Shown here: in pieces, positions 1-8,671 of the stretch | Layout of the letters: each line of letters opens with the position of its first letter | How positions within the stretch are numbered: position 1 is the stretch's first letter | Source: a virus | Taxonomy: Duplodnaviria > Heunggongvirae > Uroviricota > Caudoviricetes | Length of the DNA stretch: 33,994 nt | IMG/VR virus record: IMGVR_UViG_2802429241_000004 | Strand: one strand, 5' to 3' | Translations under genes and position numbers: made by a program | The notes under the pieces: model-generated | What the model was told of the DNA's origin: nothing | Database searches by the model: none | What the model saw: the letters and a program-made list of their open reading frames with translations, nothing else

Positions 1-1362
1 ATGTTTAAACCGGAACTCCTTTCCCCGGCGGGAACGCTGAAAAATATGCGTTACGCTTTCGCTTATGGCGCAGATGCTGTTTATGCGGGGCAACCGCGTT
101 ACTCCCTGCGTGTGCGCAACAACGAATTTAACCACGAAAATCTCCAGCTCGGCATCAATGAAGCCCACGCGCTGGGGAAAAAGTTTTATGTCGTGGTCAA
201 CATTGCGCCACACAATGCCAAGCTAAAAACCTTTATCCGTGATCTGAAACCGGTGGTGGAAATGGGGCCGGACGCACTGATTATGTCCGATCCGGGGCTG
301 ATTATGCTGGTGCGTGAACACTTCCCTGAAATGCCGATCCACCTTTCCGTGCAGGCCAACGCCGTAAACTGGGCGACGGTGAAATTCTGGCAGCAAATGG
401 GGTTGACCCGCGTGATCCTCTCCCGCGAGCTGTCGCTGGAAGAGATTGAAGAGATCCGCAATCAGGTTCCGGATATGGAGCTTGAAATCTTCGTTCACGG
501 CGCGCTGTGCATGGCCTACTCCGGCCGCTGCCTGCTCTCTGGCTACATCAACAAACGCGATCCAAACCAGGGCACCTGCACCAACGCCTGCCGTTGGGAG
601 TACAACGTGCAGGAAGGGAAAGAAGATGACGTTGGCAACATCGTACACAAATACGAGCCGATTCCGGTGCAAAACGTCGAGCCGACGCTGGGTATCGGTG
701 CGCCAACCGACAAAGTGTTTATGATCGAAGAAGCCCAGCGCCCGGGCGAGTATATGACCGCGTTTGAAGATGAGCACGGCACTTACATCATGAACTCGAA
801 AGATCTGCGCGCCATCGCCCACGTTGAACGCCTGACCAAAATGGGCGTGCATTCGCTGAAAATCGAAGGCCGCACTAAATCTTTCTACTATTGTGCACGT
901 ACCGCGCAGGTTTATCGTAAAGCTATCGATGACGCCGCTGCGGGCAAACCGTTCGACACCAGCCTGCTGGAAACACTGGAAGGCCTGGCGCATCGTGGTT
1001 ACACCGAAGGTTTCCTGCGTCGTCATACTCACGACGATTACCAGAACTACGAATACGGTTATTCCGTTTCTGACCGCCAGCAGTTTGTTGGAGAGTTTAC
1101 CGGTGAGCGTAAAGGCTCTCTGGCAGCCGTAGCGGTGAAAAATAAATTCTCCGTTGGCGACAGCCTGGAACTGATGACGCCACAGGGCAATATCAACTTT
1201 ACCCTTGAGCACATGGAAAACGCCAAAGGTGAAGCGATGCCGGTCGCGCCTGGCGATGGCTATACCGTGTGGCTCCCGGTTCCGCAGGATCTCGAGCTGA
1301 ATTACGCACTGCTGATGCGTAATTTCTCCGGGGAAACCACGCGTAACCCGCACGGTAAGTGA
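1..1362 (+). CDS. yegQ: U32-family peptidase-like protein YegQ (tRNA hydroxylation protein TrhP), complete 453 aa
   Basis: ORF starts at window base 1 with MFKPELLSPAGTLKNMRYAFAYGADAVYAGQPRY, which I recognise as E. coli YegQ; contains the Cys-rich U32 signature (EIFVHGALCMAYSGRCLLSGY). Confidence 0.9.
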   Translation: MFKPELLSPAGTLKNMRYAFAYGADAVYAGQPRYSLRVRNNEFNHENLQLGINEAHALGKKFYVVVNIAPHNAKLKTFIRDLKPVVEMGPDALIMSDPGLIMLVREHFPEMPIHLSVQANAVNWATVKFWQQMGLTRVILSRELSLEEIEEIRNQVPDMELEIFVHGALCMAYSGRCLLSGYINKRDPNQGTCTNACRWEYNVQEGKEDDVGNIVHKYEPIPVQNVEPTLGIGAPTDKVFMIEEAQRPGEYMTAFEDEHGTYIMNSKDLRAIAHVERLTKMGVHSLKIEGRTKSFYYCARTAQVYRKAIDDAAAGKPFDTSLLETLEGLAHRGYTEGFLRRHTHDDYQNYEYGYSVSDRQQFVGEFTGERKGSLAAVAVKNKFSVGDSLELMTPQGNINFTLEHMENAKGEAMPVAPGDGYTVWLPVPQDLELNYALLMRNFSGETTRNPHGK

Positions 1363-1393
1363 TTCATTTCGATTATTTTTCCCGGATAGAAAA

Positions 1394-1439
1394 TTCTTAG
1401 AAACCGATCACATACGGCTGCATTTATTAAGGTTATTAT
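1394..1439 (+). promoter_or_regulatory. candidate CRP-dependent promoter of cyaR (CRP half-site TCACA at 1408-1412, -10-like TATTAT at 1434-1439)
   Basis: A 22-bp window centred about 42 bp upstream of the proposed cyaR 5' end has a good right half-site (TCACA) and a weaker left half (TTAGA); TATTAT hexamer lies at about -13 to -8. CyaR is known to be CRP-activated. Confidence 0.4.
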
Positions 1440-1446
1440 CTGTTTC

Positions 1447-1533
1447 GCTGAAAAACATAACCCATAAAATGCTAGCTGTACCAGGAACCACCTCCTTAGC
1501 CTGTGTAATCTCCCTTACACGGGCTTATTTTTT
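1447..1533 (+). ncRNA. cyaR: CyaR (RyeE) small regulatory RNA, about 87 nt, with intrinsic terminator (stem 1499-1524, U-tract 1528-1533)
   Basis: Sequence GCTGAAAAACATAACCCATAAAATGCTAGCTGTACCAGGAACCACCTCCTTAGCCTGTGTAATCTCCCTTACACGGGCTTATTTTTT matches my recollection of E. coli CyaR; it lies in the expected place downstream of yegQ and ends in a hairpin plus T6. Confidence 0.7.
1507..1533. other. P2-type attachment site core (attR copy), overlapping the cyaR terminator
   Basis: AATCTCCCTTACACGGGCTTATTTTTT is the reverse complement of the 27-nt P2 att core as I recall it (AAAAAATAAGCCCGTGTAAGGGAGATT); it sits exactly at the host/prophage junction next to ogr. Confidence 0.55.
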
Positions 1534-1597
1534 ACATACAACAAATTGAAATAAAAGGATTTATTTCTGGTCACGTCCACACATTGACCACATCGAC

Positions 1598-1621
1598 AAA
1601 AAAGCCCCTCGACTGAGGGGC
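1598..1621 (-). terminator. intrinsic terminator downstream of ogr (GCCCCTC-gact-GAGGGGC followed by T6 on the minus strand)
   Basis: Perfect 7-bp GC-rich stem at 1604-1621 with the A6 run at 1598-1603 (T6 on the minus strand) immediately after the ogr stop. Confidence 0.6.
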
Positions 1622-1634
1622 TTCCTGTTTGTAA

Positions 1635-1853
1635 TTACATCCACATAATTTGCTGCCCTGACGGCAACGGGTGCGGCCTTACGGCGTGGACTTCTCCCGG
1701 CTTCACGATGTATCGCTGTACCGACTCATAAGTGATGAACGTGGCGCTGCAATTCACGTTCTGGCACTGGTGATAACGCTCTTTTGTCGTGTCAGTGATA
1801 TAGCGGCTTGTACGCGCATGTGCGGCATGCTGGCATAAAGGACAATGAAACAT
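1635..1853 (-). CDS. ogr: late transcription activator Ogr (zinc-finger), 72 aa
   Basis: Internal Met of the 93-aa ORF gives MFHCPLCQHAAHARTSRYITDTTKERYHQCQNVNCSATF, the Ogr Cys4 zinc-finger protein; the longer N-terminal extension is unlikely. Confidence 0.85.
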   Translation of the reverse strand: MFHCPLCQHAAHARTSRYITDTTKERYHQCQNVNCSATFITYESVQRYIVKPGEVHAVRPHPLPSGQQIMWM

Positions 1854-1934
1854 CGCGAGCACCTCTTCCGGTTTTGTTGATGGTGCCATTTTAGTTAATT
1901 TATCCTTATAAAACAAACAGATAAAATAAAAACA

Positions 1935-3098
1935 TCACTCATTATCTTCTGTTTCGTACTCCACATCAGAAAGCCTGACCTCAAGCTCTAAGGACGTCGT
2001 GAAGCCGCTATTATTCAGAAAATGTGTCACCTTAGTGATTGTCCAGTCCTGCTCGTCTATGACGCGCTTAAAGCCTGACACTCTGACCGGTGTTTCCGTG
2101 TAAATATCTGCCCGACCGGTAGCCAGGCTGATGGAGAACTCCGCTACGCCCCGTTGCAGTTTATCCCACTTCGCCTGAGCGGCGCGCATGGCCTGCGCTT
2201 TCGTGGCATATACCGTAGTCAGGGCAAAAACGTTATCAGCCTCACCGGCCATGTATTCACCTTCGCGCGCTTCCGGTACTTTAGGCGCTTTCTTCTGCCT
2301 GACCGGTTTCGCTTTCGGGTGCTCCAGTGCGCGCAGGTGTTTTTCTTTCTTTTTGCGTTTCAGTTTTACCTTCTGCTTTTGCGGCTTCGGGTCTTTGGTG
2401 TGTAACCACTTTGCCGTTACGCCGGTGTAAGCTCCACGGTCAGCAATCGCAAAATGATGACGGTCGCCGTCGCTGCGGGTGATGGTAATCTGCGGGATTT
2501 TTTTACCGCTGGCCGTCACCCCCTGCCCCGCTTTGAGAAACAGCAGTTTTCCCATTTTTACCGACACCTCACCGCCGTTGCGTTCAGCAAGACGGGTCAG
2601 GAATTTCGCATCAGACTCCTGCGACTGGTCGATGTGCGGGACTTTAATTCCGGCCAGTGACGGAGCGACACTGGCCTCCAGCTTGTTACGGGAGGCTATC
2701 GCCTCAACAATCGCACCGAGTGTGGTGTCATGCCAGGAGCCTTCCCGGCGGGAATTGAGCGTCCCGCGAAAATCTGCACTCCGGGCGCGGATGGTGACCA
2801 CATCCGGCGCGCCCCGGTGTTCTACCTCATCAACGGTGAATTTCCCTTTGCATACCAGGGCAAAACCTTTCCAGCCGATATACACCGTCAGGACAGCGCC
2901 ACGAACCGGCAGCCCGACCTGCCCGTCGGCATCGTTCAGTTCAATATCAAGCTGGTCAGCCTCAAAGCCCCGGCTATCCGTCAGGGTCATACTCATCAGA
3001 CGGTCGCTGATATTGCCGGTAATATCCCTGCTGTCGAGCATCAGCATGTAATCCGGCGTCAGCGTACTGCCTGCATCAAATGTCAGTGCATCCAGCAT
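1935..3098 (-). CDS. D: tail protein D (387 aa)
   Basis: Position between U and ogr and size match P2 gpD. Confidence 0.8.
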   Translation of the reverse strand: MLDALTFDAGSTLTPDYMLMLDSRDITGNISDRLMSMTLTDSRGFEADQLDIELNDADGQVGLPVRGAVLTVYIGWKGFALVCKGKFTVDEVEHRGAPDVVTIRARSADFRGTLNSRREGSWHDTTLGAIVEAIASRNKLEASVAPSLAGIKVPHIDQSQESDAKFLTRLAERNGGEVSVKMGKLLFLKAGQGVTASGKKIPQITITRSDGDRHHFAIADRGAYTGVTAKWLHTKDPKPQKQKVKLKRKKKEKHLRALEHPKAKPVRQKKAPKVPEAREGEYMAGEADNVFALTTVYATKAQAMRAAQAKWDKLQRGVAEFSISLATGRADIYTETPVRVSGFKRVIDEQDWTITKVTHFLNNSGFTTSLELEVRLSDVEYETEDNE

Positions 3099-3577
3099 TA
3101 TCCCGCCCCCGTCATACCCGTGAATTTAGTCGCCATACTGCCAGCCTTACCGATGAGCGATTCCGCCTGTTTACCGATATCGCCATAAAGCGCGGCCAGT
3201 GATTCATCAACGCGGGTGAGCGACAGCGTAAAATCAATTTTTCGGGGTGTGCCGTCTGCAAAGAAAATACTCCCTGTTTCACTCACCCTGCTGATGACAT
3301 ACATGCCGTAAATCATGCCGGTGCCATCCAGCAACGGCCACGCCCGGCCTTCCTCAGCCATCAGCCTGAGCGTGGTCATCGTCAGCTTGCCGCCGGTCAG
3401 TTCGGGATAAAGCACACCGGCAAGCGTGATGTTTTCCTCACCCACACCGAGAAACTGGTAGGCCTCCTGTTTACCGATACGGGAATTTGACGGCCAGCGA
3501 TAATCTGATTCACGCTGCATGGTCTGGTGTGGCAGCGTCTGGCGCATAAAAACAAACATACCTAACGCGAGCATCAT
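3098..3577 (-). CDS. U: tail protein U (159 aa)
   Basis: Size and position match P2 gpU; stop overlaps the D start. Confidence 0.8.
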   Translation of the reverse strand: MMLALGMFVFMRQTLPHQTMQRESDYRWPSNSRIGKQEAYQFLGVGEENITLAGVLYPELTGGKLTMTTLRLMAEEGRAWPLLDGTGMIYGMYVISRVSETGSIFFADGTPRKIDFTLSLTRVDESLAALYGDIGKQAESLIGKAGSMATKFTGMTGAG

Positions 3578-3591
3578 TTTTCGTCACCTCC

Positions 3592-6039
3592 TTAACCGTC
3601 ATGCATCATGCTGGCACGGGCGCGCGCACGTTTATCCCGCTCGTATTTTTCGAGCGCATCCTGTAACTGGCGGTCAAGCTGTGTCCCCGGCGCAGTACCA
3701 CCCGTCAGGCTGATGTGATATTCGTTTTTACTCTGGTCTACATAAGAGCGGCCAGCCGGTGCCGTGACCGGCTGATAAGCCTGATAGCCTGCATAAGAGC
3801 TGGTCGCCGGAATATAACCACCGGTGCCATACGTGGCGGCATGAGTTCTGGCGGCGGTCTGGTCAAGTGTGTCTGACTCTTTGTTGATAACACCGAGTTT
3901 TTCCAGTACCCAGTCAATGCCGCTGCGCAGTTTGTTGAACGCATTAAGCGGCAGCATCAGCGCGTCAGCCAGTGCCAGCCCGAACAGGACGCCCGTGTCA
4001 CGGCAACGGTTCAGGGTGTCCTGGGTGGCTTTGACCGGGGCAATCAGGTTTTTAAACCACTGCCACGCGGCCTGTAACTTTTCGCCCAGCCAGTCAAACA
4101 CCGGCTTAAGTGGCGTGAACAGTTCCCCCACAGGCGCAAATGCCGCTTTCAGCCCTTCTACCACACCGCCAAAGAATGCGCTGACAGGCTCCCAGTATTT
4201 ACGGATAAGTAACGCCCCGGCGACAATGGCGGCCACCACGGCCACAACCGGCCAGCTAATCGCCCCGATGGCCGTCATAACAGCACTGCCAACCGTCGTG
4301 AAGATTGCACCCATTGCGCCTGCTGCCGCGATGATGGCATTGATGCCGGTGATAACCGGCCAGGCTACGAGGCCAATGGCACCGATGACACCAATCAGTG
4401 CCAGTGCACCACCGACAATGATGCCGATGGTTGACGCCAGTGATTTGTTTTTCTGGATCCAGCCGTCGAGTTTTAACACATACTTTGTGGCCGTCTGCGT
4501 GAGCTTACGCAGTGCGCCTTCCTGCTGGTCAAACAGGTCAGTCCCCACAGCCTCATAAGCGGACTGAAACTCCTTAAAGTCACCGCCGAGGTTGTCCTGC
4601 ATGATTTTAACCAGCTCTTCCGTTTTACCGTCCGAGGCTTTCAGCGTGGCGGTCAGCTTATCCAGTTTTCCGCTTGCTGCCGCTGCCAGTAAAACGTTCG
4701 CTGATTTCAGGGCTTCCTCACCAAAAATGGTTTTAAGGTATTCCCCCTTCTGAGACGTTCCCAGCTTGTGTTTATCAAAGCTGGCCTGAATCTCTTTCAG
4801 AATGGTGAACAACGGACGCATATTTCCCTTTTTGTCCGAGGTTTTAACGCCAAGCTCTTTGAGTGCATCCCATGCTTTTCCAGTCGGTGCCTGTAATCGG
4901 GTGACAACGGCACTACTACCCGTACCCGCCATTGACCCCCTGATGTTATTGTCATGCAGCACACCTGTCATGGCCGCTGCCTGCTCAAGACTTACGTCTG
5001 CCGTCCTCGCGACCGGCCCGAGGTAAGTCAGTGCATCACTGAGTCCCTGAAAATCAGCCGCCGACTTATTCATCGTTGCAGACAACACGTCGCCCACATG
5101 GCTGACATCATCATTTGACAGTTGAAAGGATGCCTTAGTCCCCAGCAACAGTTGCGCGTTTTCTTCCATCGACCGCTGATTCGCCAGTGCCATATTCAGC
5201 GTGACCGGCGTTGCCGCCTGAATAGCCGCAGCATCTCCACCCGCTTTCGCAATGATAATCTGCGCACCGGCCGCATCATCCGCCGAGGCGGCGGTATTAT
5301 CGCCGAGCTGGCGCGCCTGCTTGCGGAGCGCGGCCATTTCGGCAGAGTCTTTTGCCACTCCGAGCACGGCCTGTAATTCTGAGTTTTTCTGCGCAAACTC
5401 ATAACCGGGCATCAGCAGCTTAACACCGGCCATCGTTCCCGCCGCCGCAATCCCCACACCGGCAGCGCCCACTGAGGCCATATTTCCGGCCAGTTCCTTT
5501 CCGGCCTGATAACGCTGTTTTACTGCATTAAGTTTTGCCTGTTGCGCACTGACACGCGCCAGCGCGTCGCGCTGACGGTTAAGTTGTGCGGTGGTTTCAC
5601 TGATACGGTTTTTCAGTCCCTGCTCATCATGTGCAAGATTGCGGGTATTAATTCCCACAGCGGCCAGTTCCCGCTGCTGGCGTTTAACGGAGTCTGTCAG
5701 GCGGTTATATTTCGCCTGTAAGTCCTCCGCCGCACGCTTTGCGGATTCCAGCACTTTCGCCTGAGCACGGGTCGGACGTTCGGTGTTTTTAAACTGTGTG
5801 GCAAGGGCTTCGGCTTCCTGCCGAGCCTTTTCAAGTGCATGACCAGTCACGGCGAGCTGTGCACTGGTCTTGCGAAATCCCTCAATACGGGATGCCTGAC
5901 CGTTCAGCTCGCGCAGTGATTTTTGTGTTTCCCGGATATCCCCCGACAGCGATTTGCTCGCTGTACGGATGGATTTAAACGGGCGGGATGCCTGGTCAAC
6001 AGCCCTGAGCAATACCTGTAATTTTACATTGTTACTCAT
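3592..6039 (-). CDS. T: tail tape measure protein T (815 aa)
   Basis: Long Ala/Gly-rich coiled-coil protein with central hydrophobic glycine-zipper segments, located after E/E' as in P2. Confidence 0.85.
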   Translation of the reverse strand: MSNNVKLQVLLRAVDQASRPFKSIRTASKSLSGDIRETQKSLRELNGQASRIEGFRKTSAQLAVTGHALEKARQEAEALATQFKNTERPTRAQAKVLESAKRAAEDLQAKYNRLTDSVKRQQRELAAVGINTRNLAHDEQGLKNRISETTAQLNRQRDALARVSAQQAKLNAVKQRYQAGKELAGNMASVGAAGVGIAAAGTMAGVKLLMPGYEFAQKNSELQAVLGVAKDSAEMAALRKQARQLGDNTAASADDAAGAQIIIAKAGGDAAAIQAATPVTLNMALANQRSMEENAQLLLGTKASFQLSNDDVSHVGDVLSATMNKSAADFQGLSDALTYLGPVARTADVSLEQAAAMTGVLHDNNIRGSMAGTGSSAVVTRLQAPTGKAWDALKELGVKTSDKKGNMRPLFTILKEIQASFDKHKLGTSQKGEYLKTIFGEEALKSANVLLAAAASGKLDKLTATLKASDGKTEELVKIMQDNLGGDFKEFQSAYEAVGTDLFDQQEGALRKLTQTATKYVLKLDGWIQKNKSLASTIGIIVGGALALIGVIGAIGLVAWPVITGINAIIAAAGAMGAIFTTVGSAVMTAIGAISWPVVAVVAAIVAGALLIRKYWEPVSAFFGGVVEGLKAAFAPVGELFTPLKPVFDWLGEKLQAAWQWFKNLIAPVKATQDTLNRCRDTGVLFGLALADALMLPLNAFNKLRSGIDWVLEKLGVINKESDTLDQTAARTHAATYGTGGYIPATSSYAGYQAYQPVTAPAGRSYVDQSKNEYHISLTGGTAPGTQLDRQLQDALEKYERDKRARARASMMHDG

Positions 6040-6459
6040 TCGTGTTTCCGCTTCGCCGGAGCGCCTTTTCGCGCCATGTGATGAGTTCGGTCAGGCTCAT
6101 GGGATACAGTTCTGATGGCGGCCAGTGAAATACCACTGCCACATCCGCCATCAGGTCATCGACCGAGAGATTTTTCGGAAACGTTACTGCACCGAGTTCG
6201 GCGACAAAAAACCGACCACCTTACCGGCCAGCGCCACAAGGTCAGGCAGCTCCAGCGCGGCGACCTCCTGCTCAGTCAGCATCGGTGCCGTCATGCGCGG
6301 CAGCACTTTAATCAGTGCATCGACTTCGGAGTTTGCGACCGCAGCCAGACTGACACCGCGCAGCGTCCCGGCATTGGGTTTCATCAGCGTGACCTGTTCG
6401 ATAACCTGCTCACCACGCTTGACCGGATTGTCCAGGGTAATCACATTTTCTTTGTTCAT
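6032..6459 (-). CDS. tail assembly chaperone E+E' (programmed -1 frameshift product)
   Basis: Slippery heptamer T-TTT-TTG (minus strand, plus-strand coordinates 6205-6211) in the GFL codons of E; the -1 frame stays open to a TAA at 6032-6034 that overlaps the T start codon. Confidence 0.65.
6184..6459 (-). CDS. E: tail assembly chaperone E (91 aa)
   Basis: 91-aa ORF ending ...VVGFLSPNSVQ between FII and T, as in P2. Confidence 0.8.
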   Translation of the reverse strand: MNKENVITLDNPVKRGEQVIEQVTLMKPNAGTLRGVSLAAVANSEVDALIKVLPRMTAPMLTEQEVAALELPDLVALAGKVVGFLSPNSVQ

Positions 6460-6515
6460 GGTTTTCTCACTTCTGAATCGGGGTTAACCGGTCAGCCTGG
6501 CTGACCGGATGAAAA

Positions 6516-7034
6516 TCACAGGCCGATATTGCGGCGGTGTTGCTCCAGCCGGTCGACGCCGTTCACCTTCTCAATCATGTTGATGGTGTCAATTTCGACC
6601 AGCTCCTTACCGTCCATCGTCAGCCGGAAATAGGTGCAGACCACGGAGATTTTCGACTCGGTGTCTTCTCCCTGTTTACCCTCGCCGGTGTCGATTTCTT
6701 TCTGACGGCCACGCATGACCACTTCGACGGCCACCGTTTCGCCGGTATCGTCACGCTGGTAAGAGCCTGCAAAACGAATCGGCACGGCATCCACACCAGT
6801 TGCGGCGTAAAGTTCCCAGATAACCGAATCCGGGAAGCCCCCGAGCGACCACTCCATTGACAGAGCATCATCATCAAGGCCGAGGTCTACCGGTGCGCTA
6901 CCGTTCATCCCCGCACCGCGATAGTTTTCGAGCTTACGGGTCAGTTTTGGCAGCGTGACGGACTTCGCGACGCCCTGATAGCTGTAGCCGTTCAGAAAGA
7001 CGTTCATTAACTTGAGTTTGCGCGGCATTGCCAT
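6516..7034 (-). CDS. FII: tail tube protein FII (172 aa)
   Basis: Size and position after the sheath gene match P2 gpFII. Confidence 0.85.
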   Translation of the reverse strand: MAMPRKLKLMNVFLNGYSYQGVAKSVTLPKLTRKLENYRGAGMNGSAPVDLGLDDDALSMEWSLGGFPDSVIWELYAATGVDAVPIRFAGSYQRDDTGETVAVEVVMRGRQKEIDTGEGKQGEDTESKISVVCTYFRLTMDGKELVEIDTINMIEKVNGVDRLEQHRRNIGL

Positions 7035-7046
7035 CGGTCAGGCTCC

Positions 7047-8237
7047 TTAATTGCTGTTAACCGAGGTGACCAGACTTGCCAGGTATCTTGAAGTAATACG
7101 CTGGCGCAGGGTCAGGTTTTCGAGAGGAGGCACCGGGGTATAGTCGTAGTCGATATACAGTTTTCCGGCCTTGAGGGTTTCCGCATCATTGGCTTCTTCA
7201 CTGAACCAGCATGTGCCATCCACGATATAACCGTTGCTTTTCAGTTCACGGAATTTGGCATTGATGCCGTCAACGATGTCGCGAATCAGCGTTGCGGTGA
7301 TGGGCTTATCAATAGCCCACATGTGCGCCTCAGCCATCGTGTCAGCCAGTACCTGCGCGGTGCGTGTGTAGCTTTCAAAGAGGAACAGTGGGTCATCGGA
7401 GCAGGTACGGTTACCCCAGAAACGGAAACCGTCGCGGCGAACCAGCGTTGTGACGCCTGCCTCGTTCAGTAGGTCAGCATCAGTGCCGGACTTCTGCAAA
7501 TCCCAGAATACAGATGCGCTGATGCCGGTAACACCGTTTACCCCGACGTTGGACAGCGTTTTATGCCAGCCCTGCTCCTGGTCGATTTTAGCGCGCAGAC
7601 CCAGCGCACGGGCGGTGGCATACGCGGTGGCGGTGGTGCTGGTGACCGTATCCCATGCGAGGAAATCCGGCCAGATGACCATCAGCTCACGCTGGCTGAA
7701 ATTCTGGCGGTAGGCTTTCACCTCGGAAATGGTTTTACAGCCCCATGCGCTGATATACCCGAATGCATTCAGTTCCTGGCATACCGATGCCAGTGCGACG
7801 GCAACCTCTTTGGTGTCCAGTCCCGGTACGCCGAGAATGCGTGGTTTAACGCCGGTAACCGACTCAGCCCCCATCAGGGCTTTCAGTCCGGTGTACTGAC
7901 CGTTTTCGTCGGTGGTGCCGATGATATTGGAAACGGTCTGCGCGAGTTTCGTTTCTTCGTCTTCGCCGGTGCCGTCTTCCACACGTACGACAACGGTGAC
8001 CGGTTTTGACTGGTCAGCGATGGCCTGTAACGACGCCGCCAGCGTGCCTTTTTTACCGGCCTTTGCAATCGCGCTCTGCACATTGGTAATCAGCACCGGT
8101 TTATTGACGGGGAAGGTTTCCGCATCCGCATCGCTGGCTGTGCAGACCATGCCGACAATGGCGGTTGATACGGTGGAAATGACGCGGGTGCCGTCGTTAA
8201 TCTCCAGCACCTGCACGCCGTGATGATAATCACTCAT
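7047..8237 (-). CDS. FI: contractile tail sheath protein FI (396 aa)
   Basis: Size and position match P2 gpFI; begins MSDYHHGVQVLEINDGTRVI. Confidence 0.85.
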   Translation of the reverse strand: MSDYHHGVQVLEINDGTRVISTVSTAIVGMVCTASDADAETFPVNKPVLITNVQSAIAKAGKKGTLAASLQAIADQSKPVTVVVRVEDGTGEDEETKLAQTVSNIIGTTDENGQYTGLKALMGAESVTGVKPRILGVPGLDTKEVAVALASVCQELNAFGYISAWGCKTISEVKAYRQNFSQRELMVIWPDFLAWDTVTSTTATAYATARALGLRAKIDQEQGWHKTLSNVGVNGVTGISASVFWDLQKSGTDADLLNEAGVTTLVRRDGFRFWGNRTCSDDPLFLFESYTRTAQVLADTMAEAHMWAIDKPITATLIRDIVDGINAKFRELKSNGYIVDGTCWFSEEANDAETLKAGKLYIDYDYTPVPPLENLTLRQRITSRYLASLVTSVNSN

Positions 8238-8328
8238 CCGTTTAACTCCGTGGTTAATGGGTGCAACTATTTTCTGTTGGGCAGTGCATGAGACGCTATT
8301 TGACCTGACTGGTCAGTGGATGAAACAA

Positions 8329-8360
8329 CAGATAAAGAAAAGGCGGGCAATCAGCCCGCC
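8329..8360 (-). terminator. intrinsic terminator downstream of the Z/fun-position cargo gene (GGCGGGC-tgatt-GCCCGCC then TTTTCTTTAT on the minus strand)
   Basis: Perfect 7-bp GC stem at 8342-8360 followed on the minus strand by a T-rich run, between the cargo ORF and the FI operon. Confidence 0.6.
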
Positions 8361-8671
8361 AGTCTTGATTTGTACTCGCTCAGTTCCCAACTGACAATTT
8401 ACGTAGCCAAAACGCTATCAGCTCTGGCAGCCAGCTTTGAGCGAGTCGAAAAAGTTCATACCTTTCTGCTGGTGAAGGTTTAACTAACAGTTCAACCTAT
8501 CAATTAATTGATGAACAGGTTGAGGCGTTTTTAATATCTCTGCGTCATCTGAGACGATTTTGCGCTACAGGATTTACGGCTTATCTGGGGGCATTCTTGA
8601 GCCTTGACTCCTCTGAAAACATAATTAGGCCATACCTGTGACCTGCCCTTCGTTGGTAAGGTTAGCGAATA

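Noticed and set aside
223-1353. 376-aa minus-strand ORF overlapping almost all of yegQ
   Set aside because: Antisense to a well-conserved host gene with a clear U32 peptidase signature; long antisense ORFs are expected in GC-rich coding DNA.
2479-5026. Several plus-strand ORFs of 70-230 aa inside tail genes D and T (for example 2479..3051, 2730..3188, 3869..4558)
   Set aside because: All lie antisense within P2 late genes whose frames are conserved; products are low-complexity Ala/Ser/Pro/Thr-rich and have no start-site signals.
8238-8330. Ogr-dependent late promoter (TGT-N12-ACA dyad) upstream of FI, and similar sites in the O/P and S/V spacers
   Set aside because: I found only imperfect dyads (for example TGACC-N5-GGTCA at about 8300, TGT-N10-ACA near 15735) and cannot match the consensus spacing with confidence by eye; late promoters almost certainly exist here but are not reported as features.
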